Shown here: in pieces, positions 1-7,935 of the stretch
How positions within the stretch are numbered: position 1 is the stretch's first letter
Layout: the number at the start of each line of letters is the position of its first letter
UHGV virus genome: UHGV-0334146
From: a virus
Length of the DNA: 47,430 nucleotides
Reading direction: 5' to 3' (one strand)
Position numbers and translations under genes: made by a program
The notes under the pieces: generated by a model
Database searches by the model: none
What the model saw: the letters and a program-made list of their open reading frames with translations, nothing else
Told to the model about the DNA's origin: nothing

Positions 1-140
1 GGGGACGGACTTCTGAACTACTGACAGGCAAGAGATGCCCCTCAAAGGCAGAAATCGCGATACTACGTGAACTTCTGGGACTCAGCGCGGATATTTTGAT
101 TCCGCGTGTACATTTGGAGGAAGCATGTCCGAAGAACTGA
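1..140 (+). CDS. XRE-family HTH DNA-binding protein, 3' portion. The gene is split by the window boundary; its 5' portion is 47334..47430
   Basis: Joining the end of the window to its start continues the 47334.. reading frame with no stop for 46 more codons (…SQSELAKYLKS|RGRTSELLTGKRCPSKAEIAILRELLGLSADILIPRVHLEEACPKN*). This is a typical XRE C-terminal segment. The stop is at 138-140 and overlaps the next gene's ATG at 125. Confidence 0.5.
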   Translation, partial: GRTSELLTGKRCPSKAEIAILRELLGLSADILIPRVHLEEACPKN

Positions 141-508
141 CGTTGCTACCGTGTCCATTATGTCAAGCAACAGCCCATGTTGAATACCACAATGGATATT
201 TACGTGTGATATGTGAAGGCGAACCGGGATGCCCGTTCAGAATGGGCGGAAAGAGGTTTGTTTTTACCGATGAATGCTATGACTGGTGGAACAACCTGCC
301 CCGTGCGCTGACGTGGACGGACGAGCCGCCGAAGGTGCCGGGGTGGTACTGGTTCAAGGATGAATATGGCATCCGCATCGCATGGATCAAGCATGACTCT
401 CGTAAAATAAACGAATTATATGCTGTGATTGGAGGTGTTGGTAACTGGATGTCAACCTTGCATGGACAATGGGCTGGCCCCATCCTCGAACCCCGCGAAC
501 CGAAGTAG
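125..508 (+). CDS. Lar-family restriction-alleviation-like / DUF551-like protein
   Basis: 127 aa. The N-terminus LLPCPLCQATAHVEY…C…C matches the Lar-family Cys motif. The C-terminal half is W-rich (PGWYWFKDEYGIRIAWIKH) and resembles DUF551. RBS GGAGGAAGC precedes the ATG. Confidence 0.45.
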   Translation: MSEELTLLPCPLCQATAHVEYHNGYLRVICEGEPGCPFRMGGKRFVFTDECYDWWNNLPRALTWTDEPPKVPGWYWFKDEYGIRIAWIKHDSRKINELYAVIGGVGNWMSTLHGQWAGPILEPREPK

Positions 509-531
509 CCCCGAAAGGGGCTTTCCTTTTT
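508..531 (+). terminator. Intrinsic terminator after the Lar-like gene
   Basis: GCCCC-GAAA-GGGGC hairpin followed by TTTCCTTTTT, immediately after the stop at 506-508. Confidence 0.5.
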
Positions 532-543
532 CTGGAGGAGAAC

Positions 544-1035
544 ATGCGAAGACCCATCAACCCCGTAATCCCGTACCCGCACGAGGCCATTCAGCACACC
601 CGCTGCGTTCTGGCCCTGTCCATGATCACCGTGGCGCTATCCCTCCTCAAGCCGGAAATGCTGGTACAGCTTGGCGACCTTGGCAGACAAGTCGAGAAGG
701 TCAACCGCTGGATCGACCGATGTAGCGATGATGTCCAGCGCAGGCTGTCTGCTGGCGCAAAGCGAGATCTCGACAGGAGGTTCCATATCCTCGCGGAACA
801 CGTCGATTCTGCACTTGCTGAAACCGATGACGCCAAGAAATGGAGCCTGTGGGCCTCTGGAGTGTGGGCCGGGCTCACCTTTCTCGAAGACGCCCGGAAC
901 ACCTGCCCCGTCTACTTCCGGGGCCTTCATTGGCACAACCTGCTCAAAACGCTGACCACCCTGTGCAATGCGCTCGCAAAGGTCGACCCGAAGATCGCTG
1001 AGATTGGGACGCGGGTGTACGAGCGGGCCGCGTAG
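544..1035 (+). CDS. Hypothetical protein
   Basis: ORF 469..1035 trimmed to M26 (MRRPINPV…), which follows RBS GGAGGAG. The upstream 25 codons overlap the terminator. Confidence 0.5.
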   Translation: MRRPINPVIPYPHEAIQHTRCVLALSMITVALSLLKPEMLVQLGDLGRQVEKVNRWIDRCSDDVQRRLSAGAKRDLDRRFHILAEHVDSALAETDDAKKWSLWASGVWAGLTFLEDARNTCPVYFRGLHWHNLLKTLTTLCNALAKVDPKIAEIGTRVYERAA

Positions 1036-1045
1036 GGAGGACAAG

Positions 1046-1381
1046 ATGGAAACACTCACCGCCGACGAGATGAGCGAACGACTCGGCATCAGCCGGGAAA
1101 CGTTCCGTAGAATCTGGAAAATATACCCCCATATCCCTGTAGGACGCGGAAAAACGCTCCGCTCCGTCCGCTTCCTTTGGGATAGCGATACACTCAAAGA
1201 GGTTTCTCATGTCCATCAGGAAATACAAGACGAAGAATGGTATGCGATACGCGGCGGAAGTGTTCGAAGGAGGGCAAAGAATCGCGTACCGGGGCGGATT
1301 CTTGAGCAAGATGAAGGCGCTCGAATGGGAATCAATCGTCAAGAAATCCGCAACTATGCCCAAACGCTTGGCCTTGTATGA
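1046..1381 (+). CDS. Excisionase / AlpA-like HTH DNA-binding protein (putative Xis)
   Basis: Strong RBS GGGAGGACAAG-ATG. The N-terminus METLTADEMSERLGISRETFRRIWK…IPVGRGK…RFLW matches the AlpA/Xis HTH pattern. The ORF runs to 1381 and overlaps the integrase start by 173 nt in another frame, so the C-terminal part is uncertain. Confidence 0.45.
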   Translation: METLTADEMSERLGISRETFRRIWKIYPHIPVGRGKTLRSVRFLWDSDTLKEVSHVHQEIQDEEWYAIRGGSVRRRAKNRVPGRILEQDEGARMGINRQEIRNYAQTLGLV

Positions 1382-2237
1382 GGTTTCGGCTCTCTATCTT
1401 CAAAAACGCGAAGGAAGATGCAAGAAGAACACACTCATCTATAAGAAAAGCGTTCTTCGAAAGCTAAACAAGTTCATCGGACCTAAAACCGAATTCTCAA
1501 CTATCACAAAAAACGATCTGGAAGCCTTTCTTGAAGCAGCCAAGGAAGCCGTGAGCGCAAAATCCGCGAACAAGTACCGTATCGAGTTATCAGCGCTTTA
1601 CTCATGGGCCGCACGAGAGGGGTACGTTCCGGTCAATATTGCGCGCCAGACTGAGCCTTTCGCCACAGTGCAGGCCGTGAAATATATTCCACCGAAAGGT
1701 GACGTTGCCAAGCTCATGTCCTGCGCTACAGGGTTCGAGCGGGATTTCCTGCTCTGCCTTCTCCATACGGCGGGGCGCATTTCCGAAATCCGCGAAATGG
1801 CGTGGGAAGATGTCGATCTGGAAAACAGGACCGTCCGGCTGTGGACAAGCAAACGCCGGGGCGGGAACCGGGAATCACGCACGATTGCCATGAGCCCTAC
1901 ATTATATAGCGTGCTGTTCCGTCTCTATGCCTTACGTGAAAATGAGCGGTTCGTTTTTGAAGCCCCCGGAACGGGTCTTCCATACCCGCGCACCACGCCG
2001 CGCATCAAGTACCTTATGAAACGCCTTTGCGAGAAGGCGGGCATACCGTTCTTTGCGGCCCACAGCCTGCGCCACTTCATGGCTACCCATCTTAAAGACC
2101 CGCGCCGGGCGCAAAAGGTGCTTGGACACATGAACATCCGCACCACAGAGATCTATTTGCATGACCTTGGCGTTGATAGAGAAGCTGCGGGTATTTTTGA
2201 GGACATCACGCATGGAATCACGCATGAAGGTGATTGA
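1209..2237 (+). CDS. int: Tyrosine recombinase / phage integrase
   Basis: 342 aa. N-terminal arm-binding-like segment (MSIRKYKTKNGMRYAAEV). C-terminal catalytic signature …HSLRHFMATHL…GHMNIRTTEIYLH… (R-H-R-Y type). It lies directly next to a tRNA 3'-end fragment. Confidence 0.9.
   Translation: MSIRKYKTKNGMRYAAEVFEGGQRIAYRGGFLSKMKALEWESIVKKSATMPKRLALYEVSALYLQKREGRCKKNTLIYKKSVLRKLNKFIGPKTEFSTITKNDLEAFLEAAKEAVSAKSANKYRIELSALYSWAAREGYVPVNIARQTEPFATVQAVKYIPPKGDVAKLMSCATGFERDFLLCLLHTAGRISEIREMAWEDVDLENRTVRLWTSKRRGGNRESRTIAMSPTLYSVLFRLYALRENERFVFEAPGTGLPYPRTTPRIKYLMKRLCEKAGIPFFAAHSLRHFMATHLKDPRRAQKVLGHMNIRTTEIYLHDLGVDREAAGIFEDITHGITHEGD
2205..2225 (+). promoter_or_regulatory. Putative integrase arm-type binding sites, left arm (2 x ATCACGCAT)
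   Basis: ATCACGCATGGAATCACGCAT, two 9-bp direct repeats spaced 12 bp apart at the 3' end of int. The same 9-mer recurs twice on the other side of the att core. Confidence 0.35.
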
Positions 2238-2243
2238 GATACG

Positions 2244-2283
2244 AAAAAAGGGCTTGTTGGATTTCAACAAGCCCTTGAAATTT
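2244..2283. terminator. Hairpin terminator between int and the att core, stronger on the minus strand
   Basis: AAAAAA-GGGCTTGTTG-gattt-CAACAAGCCC-TTGAAATTT: a perfect 10-bp stem with an A6 tract upstream, which becomes T6 downstream on the minus strand. Confidence 0.5.
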
Positions 2284-2284
2284 A

Positions 2285-2330
2285 TGGCGGAGAGGGGGAG
2301 ATTCGAACTCCCGGTACCTTTTGAGTACAC
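2285..2330 (-). other. attP core carrying the 3' end of a tRNA gene (T-arm, acceptor 3' strand, CCA); fragment only
   Basis: The reverse complement reads …GGTACC-GGGAG-TTCGAAT-CTCCC-CCTCTCC-G-CCA, i.e. T-stem/loop, 7-nt acceptor strand, discriminator G and CCA. The complementary 5' acceptor strand (GGAGAGG) is absent within 90 nt, so this is an att-type partial tRNA rather than an intact gene. Confidence 0.55.
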
Positions 2331-2434
2331 ACGATTTCCAATCTTGTGCATGGGTATCTATGCATACGCATTTAGCTAAAAACAAAGGATATTACGGTAC
2401 AAACTGGTATACACCAAACATCTACACAAAGTAA

Positions 2435-2458
2435 ATCACGCATAGAATCACGTATAGA
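2435..2458 (+). promoter_or_regulatory. Putative integrase arm-type binding sites, right arm (ATCACGCATAGA / ATCACGTATAGA)
   Basis: Tandem 12-bp direct repeats sharing the ATCACG(C/T)AT core with the left-arm copies. They flank the att core on the opposite side. Confidence 0.35.
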
Positions 2459-2459
2459 A

Positions 2460-2516
2460 AATCCCCCTCTCATGATATGCCTCATCAGGGGCAGAACATG
2501 GGAGGGGGATTTTTTT
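2460..2516. terminator. Large hairpin with flanking A4/T7 runs; probable bidirectional terminator closing the tail operon and int
   Basis: AATCCCCCTC…(32-nt loop)…GAGGGGGATT followed by TTTTTTT and preceded by AAAA. It lies between the Tfa stop at 2523 and the att core. Confidence 0.4.
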
Positions 2517-2522
2517 GTATAT

Positions 2523-3062
2523 TCAATCCGACTTGTTCGCCACGAATCGGATCTCGTCAGGCCACGGACATTTCGGATCGTCCGGTCCTTCCCAAGGGAA
2601 GCCCTCCTGCTGCGGCAAATCGCGGAGTGCTTGCCTATATACCAGCAGCGCGGCATAGTCTTCCCCGGTTATCGAAGTTTCGATATTCCCTGCGGTCTGT
2701 TCCTTGTGCCGTTCGACAAGCCATGTCGTCGCATCAAGGCGGCGGTCACGCTCGGAACGGATGCGGGCGGCGCGGGCTGGCGTTGAGTTGTACTCGGCAA
2801 TCCGGGAGGCTTCGGCTGTTGCGGCCTCTTCATCGAGTCGGGCCTTTTCCGCTTCCCACAGCGTGACGAAGGGAGCGACATCCACTTCATAATCATCGGG
2901 CGTCAATGGGTGGTTGATGTCGTCCGTCCATTCGATATGGCCGTTATCGCCGTGCCACTGGAGCGCGTGCATATTCTCAGGTGCGGGGAAGTCGAACTGC
3001 AGCGGGGTGCCGTCAACGATGATGAGGCGGTCGGACGGAACTATTATAACATGTTGTTTCAT
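2523..3062 (-). CDS. tfa: Tail fibre assembly protein (Tfa family chaperone)
   Basis: 179 aa. The C-terminal block ALLVYRQALRDLPQQEGFPWEGPDDPKCPWPDE is the conserved Tfa motif. It is immediately downstream of the tail fibre gene. Confidence 0.75.
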   Translation of the reverse strand: MKQHVIIVPSDRLIIVDGTPLQFDFPAPENMHALQWHGDNGHIEWTDDINHPLTPDDYEVDVAPFVTLWEAEKARLDEEAATAEASRIAEYNSTPARAARIRSERDRRLDATTWLVERHKEQTAGNIETSITGEDYAALLVYRQALRDLPQQEGFPWEGPDDPKCPWPDEIRFVANKSD

Positions 3063-3119
3063 ATAAACTTCTCTGGTTGTTGTAATTATAAAAAGGTGAT
3101 TCTATGATAAGTTTGTGGG

Positions 3120-4064
3120 TCAATCTTCCGGGAGTTTGACGCAGTACACCAGCTTGTAGTACGGGGGGACCGTGGAGACGGCGGAAGCTGTTGCTGTGTG
3201 CGTGTGAGTAGCGTCAGTGATGCCGTGAGCGTGTGCTTGTGAGCCACCAGCCGAATTAGTGGAGTTGGACATAAGACTCCCTACATCTGTGTTTCCTTCC
3301 ACACCTGCGCTATTATTGTTATTTCCTAGGTACCCATTCAGAGAATGATTATGGATCGCCAGCATATTCTCGGTAAGAGTGGTCCCCTGAACGGAAATAT
3401 TGCTTGCTGAGTTAGCAACCGTAATCGTGGGGGTGGCGCTTATTTCTCCGCCCGATTCTCCAGCTTCATTGACATTCTTCACACATGCGATGAACCTGCT
3501 TCGCAGGTCTGGCACCGTGCCGCCTCGCCCATCGCTGCCGCCATCGCAAAAGAGCCAGCCCGTATCGGGTTCGGACTGTCCCCAGAAGATGGGGTTGCGG
3601 TTGGCTGGCCCGCCGAGTTTCACGTTATAGAACGGCACGACTTCGCCGGGAATCCTCCCACCGCCTGCAACAGAAGCCTTCCAATACACCCCCGTGTCGG
3701 TTGTCGGATTCTTTGCCCCAACCCCCGGGACGTCCGGTCCGCTCGACTGTTGAGCCACGTACTCGATGCCGTTGCTTCCCATGACGTGGCACCCGGCAAT
3801 ATAGTCGAGCGTCGCTTGCCATGGATAAACGCAGCCGGATTGCTGGAAAAAAGCGTGTTGCCCAAGCAGGTTGAAAAGCGCATTCATCCATGCACGTTCG
3901 ACCATGACGCCGCCCGCGTCGGGGTCGACCTGCGTGATGAACGGAAAGAGATCCCGGAAAGAAGGAATGCCTTGACCTGTCGGGGTCATCTCAGGGATCT
4001 GCACGGTATCCGCTGCATATCCCAAGACGTTGGGCATGATGCTAGGAGTCGAGGGAATAGGCAT
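3120..4064 (-). CDS. Tail fibre protein with a phage tail-collar domain
   Basis: 314 aa. The collar-domain motif is present: WLFCDGGSDGRGGTVPDLRSRFIACV … HAHGITDATHTHT…VPPYYKLVYCVKL. The C-terminal (distal) half is noticeably AT-richer than the rest of the genome. Confidence 0.8.
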   Translation of the reverse strand: MPIPSTPSIMPNVLGYAADTVQIPEMTPTGQGIPSFRDLFPFITQVDPDAGGVMVERAWMNALFNLLGQHAFFQQSGCVYPWQATLDYIAGCHVMGSNGIEYVAQQSSGPDVPGVGAKNPTTDTGVYWKASVAGGGRIPGEVVPFYNVKLGGPANRNPIFWGQSEPDTGWLFCDGGSDGRGGTVPDLRSRFIACVKNVNEAGESGGEISATPTITVANSASNISVQGTTLTENMLAIHNHSLNGYLGNNNNSAGVEGNTDVGSLMSNSTNSAGGSQAHAHGITDATHTHTATASAVSTVPPYYKLVYCVKLPED

Positions 4065-4770
4065 CTACAGGGCCTCCATACGGCTGAAAAACGCCGTTGT
4101 TGAAATTCCGACCGCCGGATCCGGCGAAACCGAAGGTATGTTTCGGGATGACTTGATAGACGTCATAGCCGACGCCCGCAGGCTTTGGGGGAACGTCATC
4201 GCGCAGGAGAAGCGCACGCTCGTATGGCTGGAGCTTGAAGCCGATAACGTAGCGTATTTTCATCGTTCCGACATGCACGACGGCAATATGACCGCGATCC
4301 GAGAAAAGCCAATGAACGATCTTGTTCAAATCTAGGAGGCTGCCGTCGGTGATGTTCGAAGCTGCTTTCATCCAGATTAAAAGATGATATGCGTTATCTT
4401 GAAGTATGAACGTGTTCGATTCGCTCTCATATGCAAAAGGACCGTGCCCAAAGTTGCTGAGGTTTGAACCGGAGAAACCGAACGGCTTGATGTCCGTCGC
4501 CTCTACTTCAAGCGTACGCGGAATGGCGACGATGCGTCCCCACACGTCAAGCCCCCATCCGAATGCCGTTTCTGGGTCAAAGACGGACTCATAGAACGCC
4601 GCAATATCCGCCGTGGGCTCAATGGCGGTATTCATCGATTCGATGAGCGCCAGCAGCCGTTCCGAGTTGTCGTACTGCGAAAGTATCGTTTCGCGCCAGT
4701 TATCCACGGCCCGACCTCGTTTCGATAATAGTGACAGTGACGTTGTCGGAGACGAGCGTGGGGGCTTCAT
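4042..4770 (-). CDS. Baseplate / tail protein (P2 gpI / Mu gp48 / DUF2313-like position)
   Basis: 242 aa between the baseplate-J-like and tail fibre genes. The call rests on position and size. The start overlaps the J-like gene by about 70 nt, so the true start may be internal. Confidence 0.4.
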   Translation of the reverse strand: MKPPRSSPTTSLSLLSKRGRAVDNWRETILSQYDNSERLLALIESMNTAIEPTADIAAFYESVFDPETAFGWGLDVWGRIVAIPRTLEVEATDIKPFGFSGSNLSNFGHGPFAYESESNTFILQDNAYHLLIWMKAASNITDGSLLDLNKIVHWLFSDRGHIAVVHVGTMKIRYVIGFKLQPYERALLLRDDVPPKPAGVGYDVYQVIPKHTFGFAGSGGRNFNNGVFQPYGGPVDAYSLDS

Positions 4771-5953
4771 CTATATTGATGGTGATGTAGTCGCCCCATG
4801 TTGGGGAGCTTTCGCCGACGGGCGCCGCGATTTCGACACTCACCAAGTCGGTAACGCCCGTTCCGAGCACTGCGGAATAAAAGCGGCTGGCATACACCGT
4901 ATCCCCGATATGAACGCGCTGGCCCGTATTCCCGCAGGCGTCGGCGGTTTCTCCGTAGAACTCGGCGACAACAGCGGACTTGATGAGCTCTTCGACGTTG
5001 CTCGGCATTGAGGCATTTTTGCGGATAGTCACCTGAATGCCCACCGGAAGCGATTCCGGGCGCTCAAAGAGCACTGTTTCGACCGCTCCGGTTACAGGAT
5101 CAGTCACAGTGACTCTGATGTTGCCGTTGTAATCACATCCGGCGGAACAACGGGCGTAAATGGCCTCAGCAATATCATTATCCGTCGCGCTGCCGACGAC
5201 CGCCACATAAATTGAGTGCGGCTTGAGCGTGACGCCCTGCACTTCAAGCGGCGCGCTGGTTTTGTTCTCGCGCACACAGACATCAAGCACGCCATCCAGA
5301 TCGCCGACGTTGGCATAGACGGCGGCGGCAACGCTCCGGGCGTTCTTCGCGACGCTGGCGTAGCGCCGGGACTCGAACGCGGACCGGCTCTCGACGTTTT
5401 GCCCGGTGATCCCGACTTCATTGGTGATCGTGTCCCATCCGGGGATAGTACGCACGATCGTGGTCACGGTTCCCTGCCGGATTTCAATAGGTCCCGGAAC
5501 CTGACAGGCAAAATCAAGGATAATACTGCCGGATTGGGGGATCGTCCCCCCCGTTTGACAGACCAAAATGTTCCCGTCCGCATCTTTTGCAAGCGCCGGG
5601 GCGTCGCTACCGATGCCGGGGATGACGGTGCCGGGAAGCCCCGTACAAGTACAGGGGACGACCGTGGAGCATGCGGGCTGCCGGGTCAGAAAGTAAATCT
5701 TGGCGAGCGCGTCTTGATAGATACCCTCCGCAGTCTTGGGGTTGAACATATTCGCGAGGAACAAAAGCTGGCTGTTCTTGTCCTGCACGATGGCCGTTTC
5801 GGATGTGATGAGCTGTCCCTGCGGCGTGGCCGGATCCGGGTTCAGCCGATTGTCGAATGCCGCCTGCCAATTCGTTTCGACAGCGTCCCGGACGGTCGCG
5901 GTATCGGGTACGACCGGGCCGTTTTCGGTAAAATCGATGCTAGACTGCGACAT
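4700..5953 (-). CDS. Baseplate J-like protein
   Basis: 417 aa. Size, position upstream of the gpI-like and fibre genes, and N-terminal composition are typical of the Baseplate_J (P2 gpJ / Mu gp47) family. Confidence 0.6.
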   Translation of the reverse strand: MSQSSIDFTENGPVVPDTATVRDAVETNWQAAFDNRLNPDPATPQGQLITSETAIVQDKNSQLLFLANMFNPKTAEGIYQDALAKIYFLTRQPACSTVVPCTCTGLPGTVIPGIGSDAPALAKDADGNILVCQTGGTIPQSGSIILDFACQVPGPIEIRQGTVTTIVRTIPGWDTITNEVGITGQNVESRSAFESRRYASVAKNARSVAAAVYANVGDLDGVLDVCVRENKTSAPLEVQGVTLKPHSIYVAVVGSATDNDIAEAIYARCSAGCDYNGNIRVTVTDPVTGAVETVLFERPESLPVGIQVTIRKNASMPSNVEELIKSAVVAEFYGETADACGNTGQRVHIGDTVYASRFYSAVLGTGVTDLVSVEIAAPVGESSPTWGDYITINIDEAPTLVSDNVTVTIIETRSGRG

Positions 5954-6374
5954 CTGCGGTTTCCCCCGTCTCTGTAGTGATGCGGATCGTCCCGCTCAAG
6001 ATGCGTTTTTCAAGCCGGGAAAGCTGCGTATCAGCCTGCGCTACGCCGGGGACTTCAAGCGCACGGGCATTCGAGCGCGCACGCACGAGCTCGGCGGGAG
6101 GGAGGGACCCAAGCTCACGCATGAAGTACGTGATTCCGTCTTGCTGCGCGTAGTACGGTTCTCCTTGGAATGTGCGTACATACGATGCGACATCCTGCAC
6201 GATACGCATAGTCCCCCCTGCCGAAGCAAGATTGCCCCCCACGGAGAGCGTCAAATCCCACTGTTCATCAAGACGTAATGACAGGAGCCCCGAATCTACA
6301 ACTTCGGCAGATGATTGCACTTCATCACGAATATTGGACAGCGCGCGTACGTTCAAAACCGTTCGGAAATTCAT
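5940..6374 (-). CDS. Small baseplate wedge protein (gpW/gp25 or DUF2634 position)
   Basis: 144 aa immediately upstream of the J-like gene with an overlapping stop and start. There is no clear GPW_gp25 motif, so the call is positional. Confidence 0.35.
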   Translation of the reverse strand: MNFRTVLNVRALSNIRDEVQSSAEVVDSGLLSLRLDEQWDLTLSVGGNLASAGGTMRIVQDVASYVRTFQGEPYYAQQDGITYFMRELGSLPPAELVRARSNARALEVPGVAQADTQLSRLEKRILSGTIRITTETGETADVAV

Positions 6375-7213
6375 GATGCTGCCTTATCTGCAAGCCGAGC
6401 CTGCGCAGCGGCGACAAGCGTTGCTATGTCCCGCCACTCTCCATCGCCACAGAGCACGTAGGTGGCTTGTCCGGCGGCTGCGGGCGGAACAAGTCCGGAC
6501 GTTCCGGCTGCCGATGCCGTCGCGCCCTGCATTTCAGGCACGGAGATGATGCCGTTGATAGTGCGTATACCATCACCCAAGTTGCTCGTGAGAATCGCCT
6601 CACGCCACGGATAGTAAGAAAACGTATTATCCGAGTTAAAGAAACGCGTTCTATAATACATCCTGATGACTCTACCACCAATGGCGATAGAAAATTCCTG
6701 TATCCCATTGCCAGTATGATAAACATTCGCAACCCTCAGCCGCGCGGAGTAATTGCCACTCACCTCCAAAGGCGTGTTATTCACCACAGGGGTAAATGAA
6801 AAAAACTCACTGCGCAGGTATAAGGAATACTCGCCATTGACCCACCATTTATCGTCATTCAGGTTAAGCGTCGCGGCGTCATCAGCCGACGTCTTCGTAA
6901 ATCTTTGGATAGGCGGCGTACCAATCTGCCCTCTCTTGCTCGCAAGATCCTCAAGGTTCCCCCCAATCGCCACGTCTTTCACGGTGATCGCGCCGTCCGC
7001 TTCGGTCGTGGTCTTCCCGTCGACAAGGTTCGACGCCTGAGCACGCTCAAGTGCCTCGTTTGCCGTGGTTTGTGCAACTATCGCAGTAGACTGTGCTGCG
7101 TCTGCGGCTCCCTGCACTTGCTGAAAGAACCGTGTGGTTTGTCTCTCGAATTCGCTTCCGGAAAGCGGTCCTGTCGGCGGATGGTACTGAAAATCAGGCA
7201 TAACACCCTCCAT
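6371..7213 (-). CDS. Fibre / spike-tip-like protein inserted between the baseplate spike and the wedge
   Basis: 280 aa. Coiled-coil-like N-terminus, a central low-GC domain (about 6560-6900) and a fibre-like C-terminus (…ATYVLCGDGEWRD…). Its start is coupled to the gpV-like stop (ATG 7211-7213 overlapping TAA 7213-7215). Confidence 0.35.
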   Translation of the reverse strand: MEGVMPDFQYHPPTGPLSGSEFERQTTRFFQQVQGAADAAQSTAIVAQTTANEALERAQASNLVDGKTTTEADGAITVKDVAIGGNLEDLASKRGQIGTPPIQRFTKTSADDAATLNLNDDKWWVNGEYSLYLRSEFFSFTPVVNNTPLEVSGNYSARLRVANVYHTGNGIQEFSIAIGGRVIRMYYRTRFFNSDNTFSYYPWREAILTSNLGDGIRTINGIISVPEMQGATASAAGTSGLVPPAAAGQATYVLCGDGEWRDIATLVAAAQARLADKAAS

Positions 7214-7935
7214 TACTGTGGTTGTCCGGATATGCCGGAACCGGGCTCGACCCCGGTATGAACATGGGTTTCCAAGACCTTACCGTTACTCTCAACCGTC
7301 CCTCCCATGTTCGTGAGTCCGCCGGAGAACCGGGCCGGGCCGCCGTCACCCTGCGCCGTGCCCGTCCACGTCAAGGATCCGTTGATGCGCACATCGGCGT
7401 TGATGGTGAGGCCGTTTTCCGCCGTCAGGACGGAAGTTTCCCCGTGCATCGTCAGTTTGGCCACTCCTTCGATGGTGACGCCCTCGTCGTCGACCAGCAC
7501 ATAGCGTTCCGGCGCGGCGTTCAAGAAGCCTCCGAGATAGAAGCCGTCGCCTTTGCTCATGGCGCGGGCTGACCCCGGATTGACGTTTCCATCCTTCCCC
7601 CGGCTTTCCTTGAGCGATTCCGTGTCGCGCATGGCGTAGACGGCGAGGCCGATGTCACCCGGCTGAGGGTCGATGACGAGGGCGTTTTTTCCGCCCTGAA
7701 TGCGCAGGTAGGGAAGCTTGAAGAGCACGCTCTGCTCCTGCGCCTTCTGTTCGCCCGTCACCAAGTTGATGAGGGGTTGCACGTCGACGAAGCCCACCGG
7801 GGAGACGCCCGAGCCGGAGACGGCGACCACGCGAACGGGTTCCGCCGTGGCGATGCGCCCGAGCATCTGGCTGATCATGAAGTCCTGCGCGTTGTACTCG
7901 CTGGAATTTGTCGAGAGGCCGCGTTGTCCCTGCAT
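7213..7935 (-). CDS. Baseplate central spike, gpV / Mu gp45-like
   Basis: ORF trimmed to M21 (ATG 7933-7935), coupled TAATG with the upstream gene. The N-terminal …RIATAEPVRVVAV… and the C-terminal KVLETHVHTGVEPGSGISGQP are typical of Phage_base_V / COG4384 proteins. Confidence 0.6.
   Translation of the reverse strand: MQGQRGLSTNSSEYNAQDFMISQMLGRIATAEPVRVVAVSGSGVSPVGFVDVQPLINLVTGEQKAQEQSVLFKLPYLRIQGGKNALVIDPQPGDIGLAVYAMRDTESLKESRGKDGNVNPGSARAMSKGDGFYLGGFLNAAPERYVLVDDEGVTIEGVAKLTMHGETSVLTAENGLTINADVRINGSLTWTGTAQGDGGPARFSGGLTNMGGTVESNGKVLETHVHTGVEPGSGISGQPQ

Noticed and set aside
469-543. N-terminal 25-codon extension of ORF 469..1035
   Set aside because: It overlaps the upstream terminator hairpin and has no RBS. 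An internal ATG at 544 has a strong RBS.
2283-2375. An intact tRNA gene on the minus strand next to int
   Set aside because: Only the T-arm, acceptor 3' strand and CCA are present. The complementary 5' acceptor strand (GGAGAGG) and a D-arm are not found within about 90 nt, so it is an attP-type tRNA 3' fragment.
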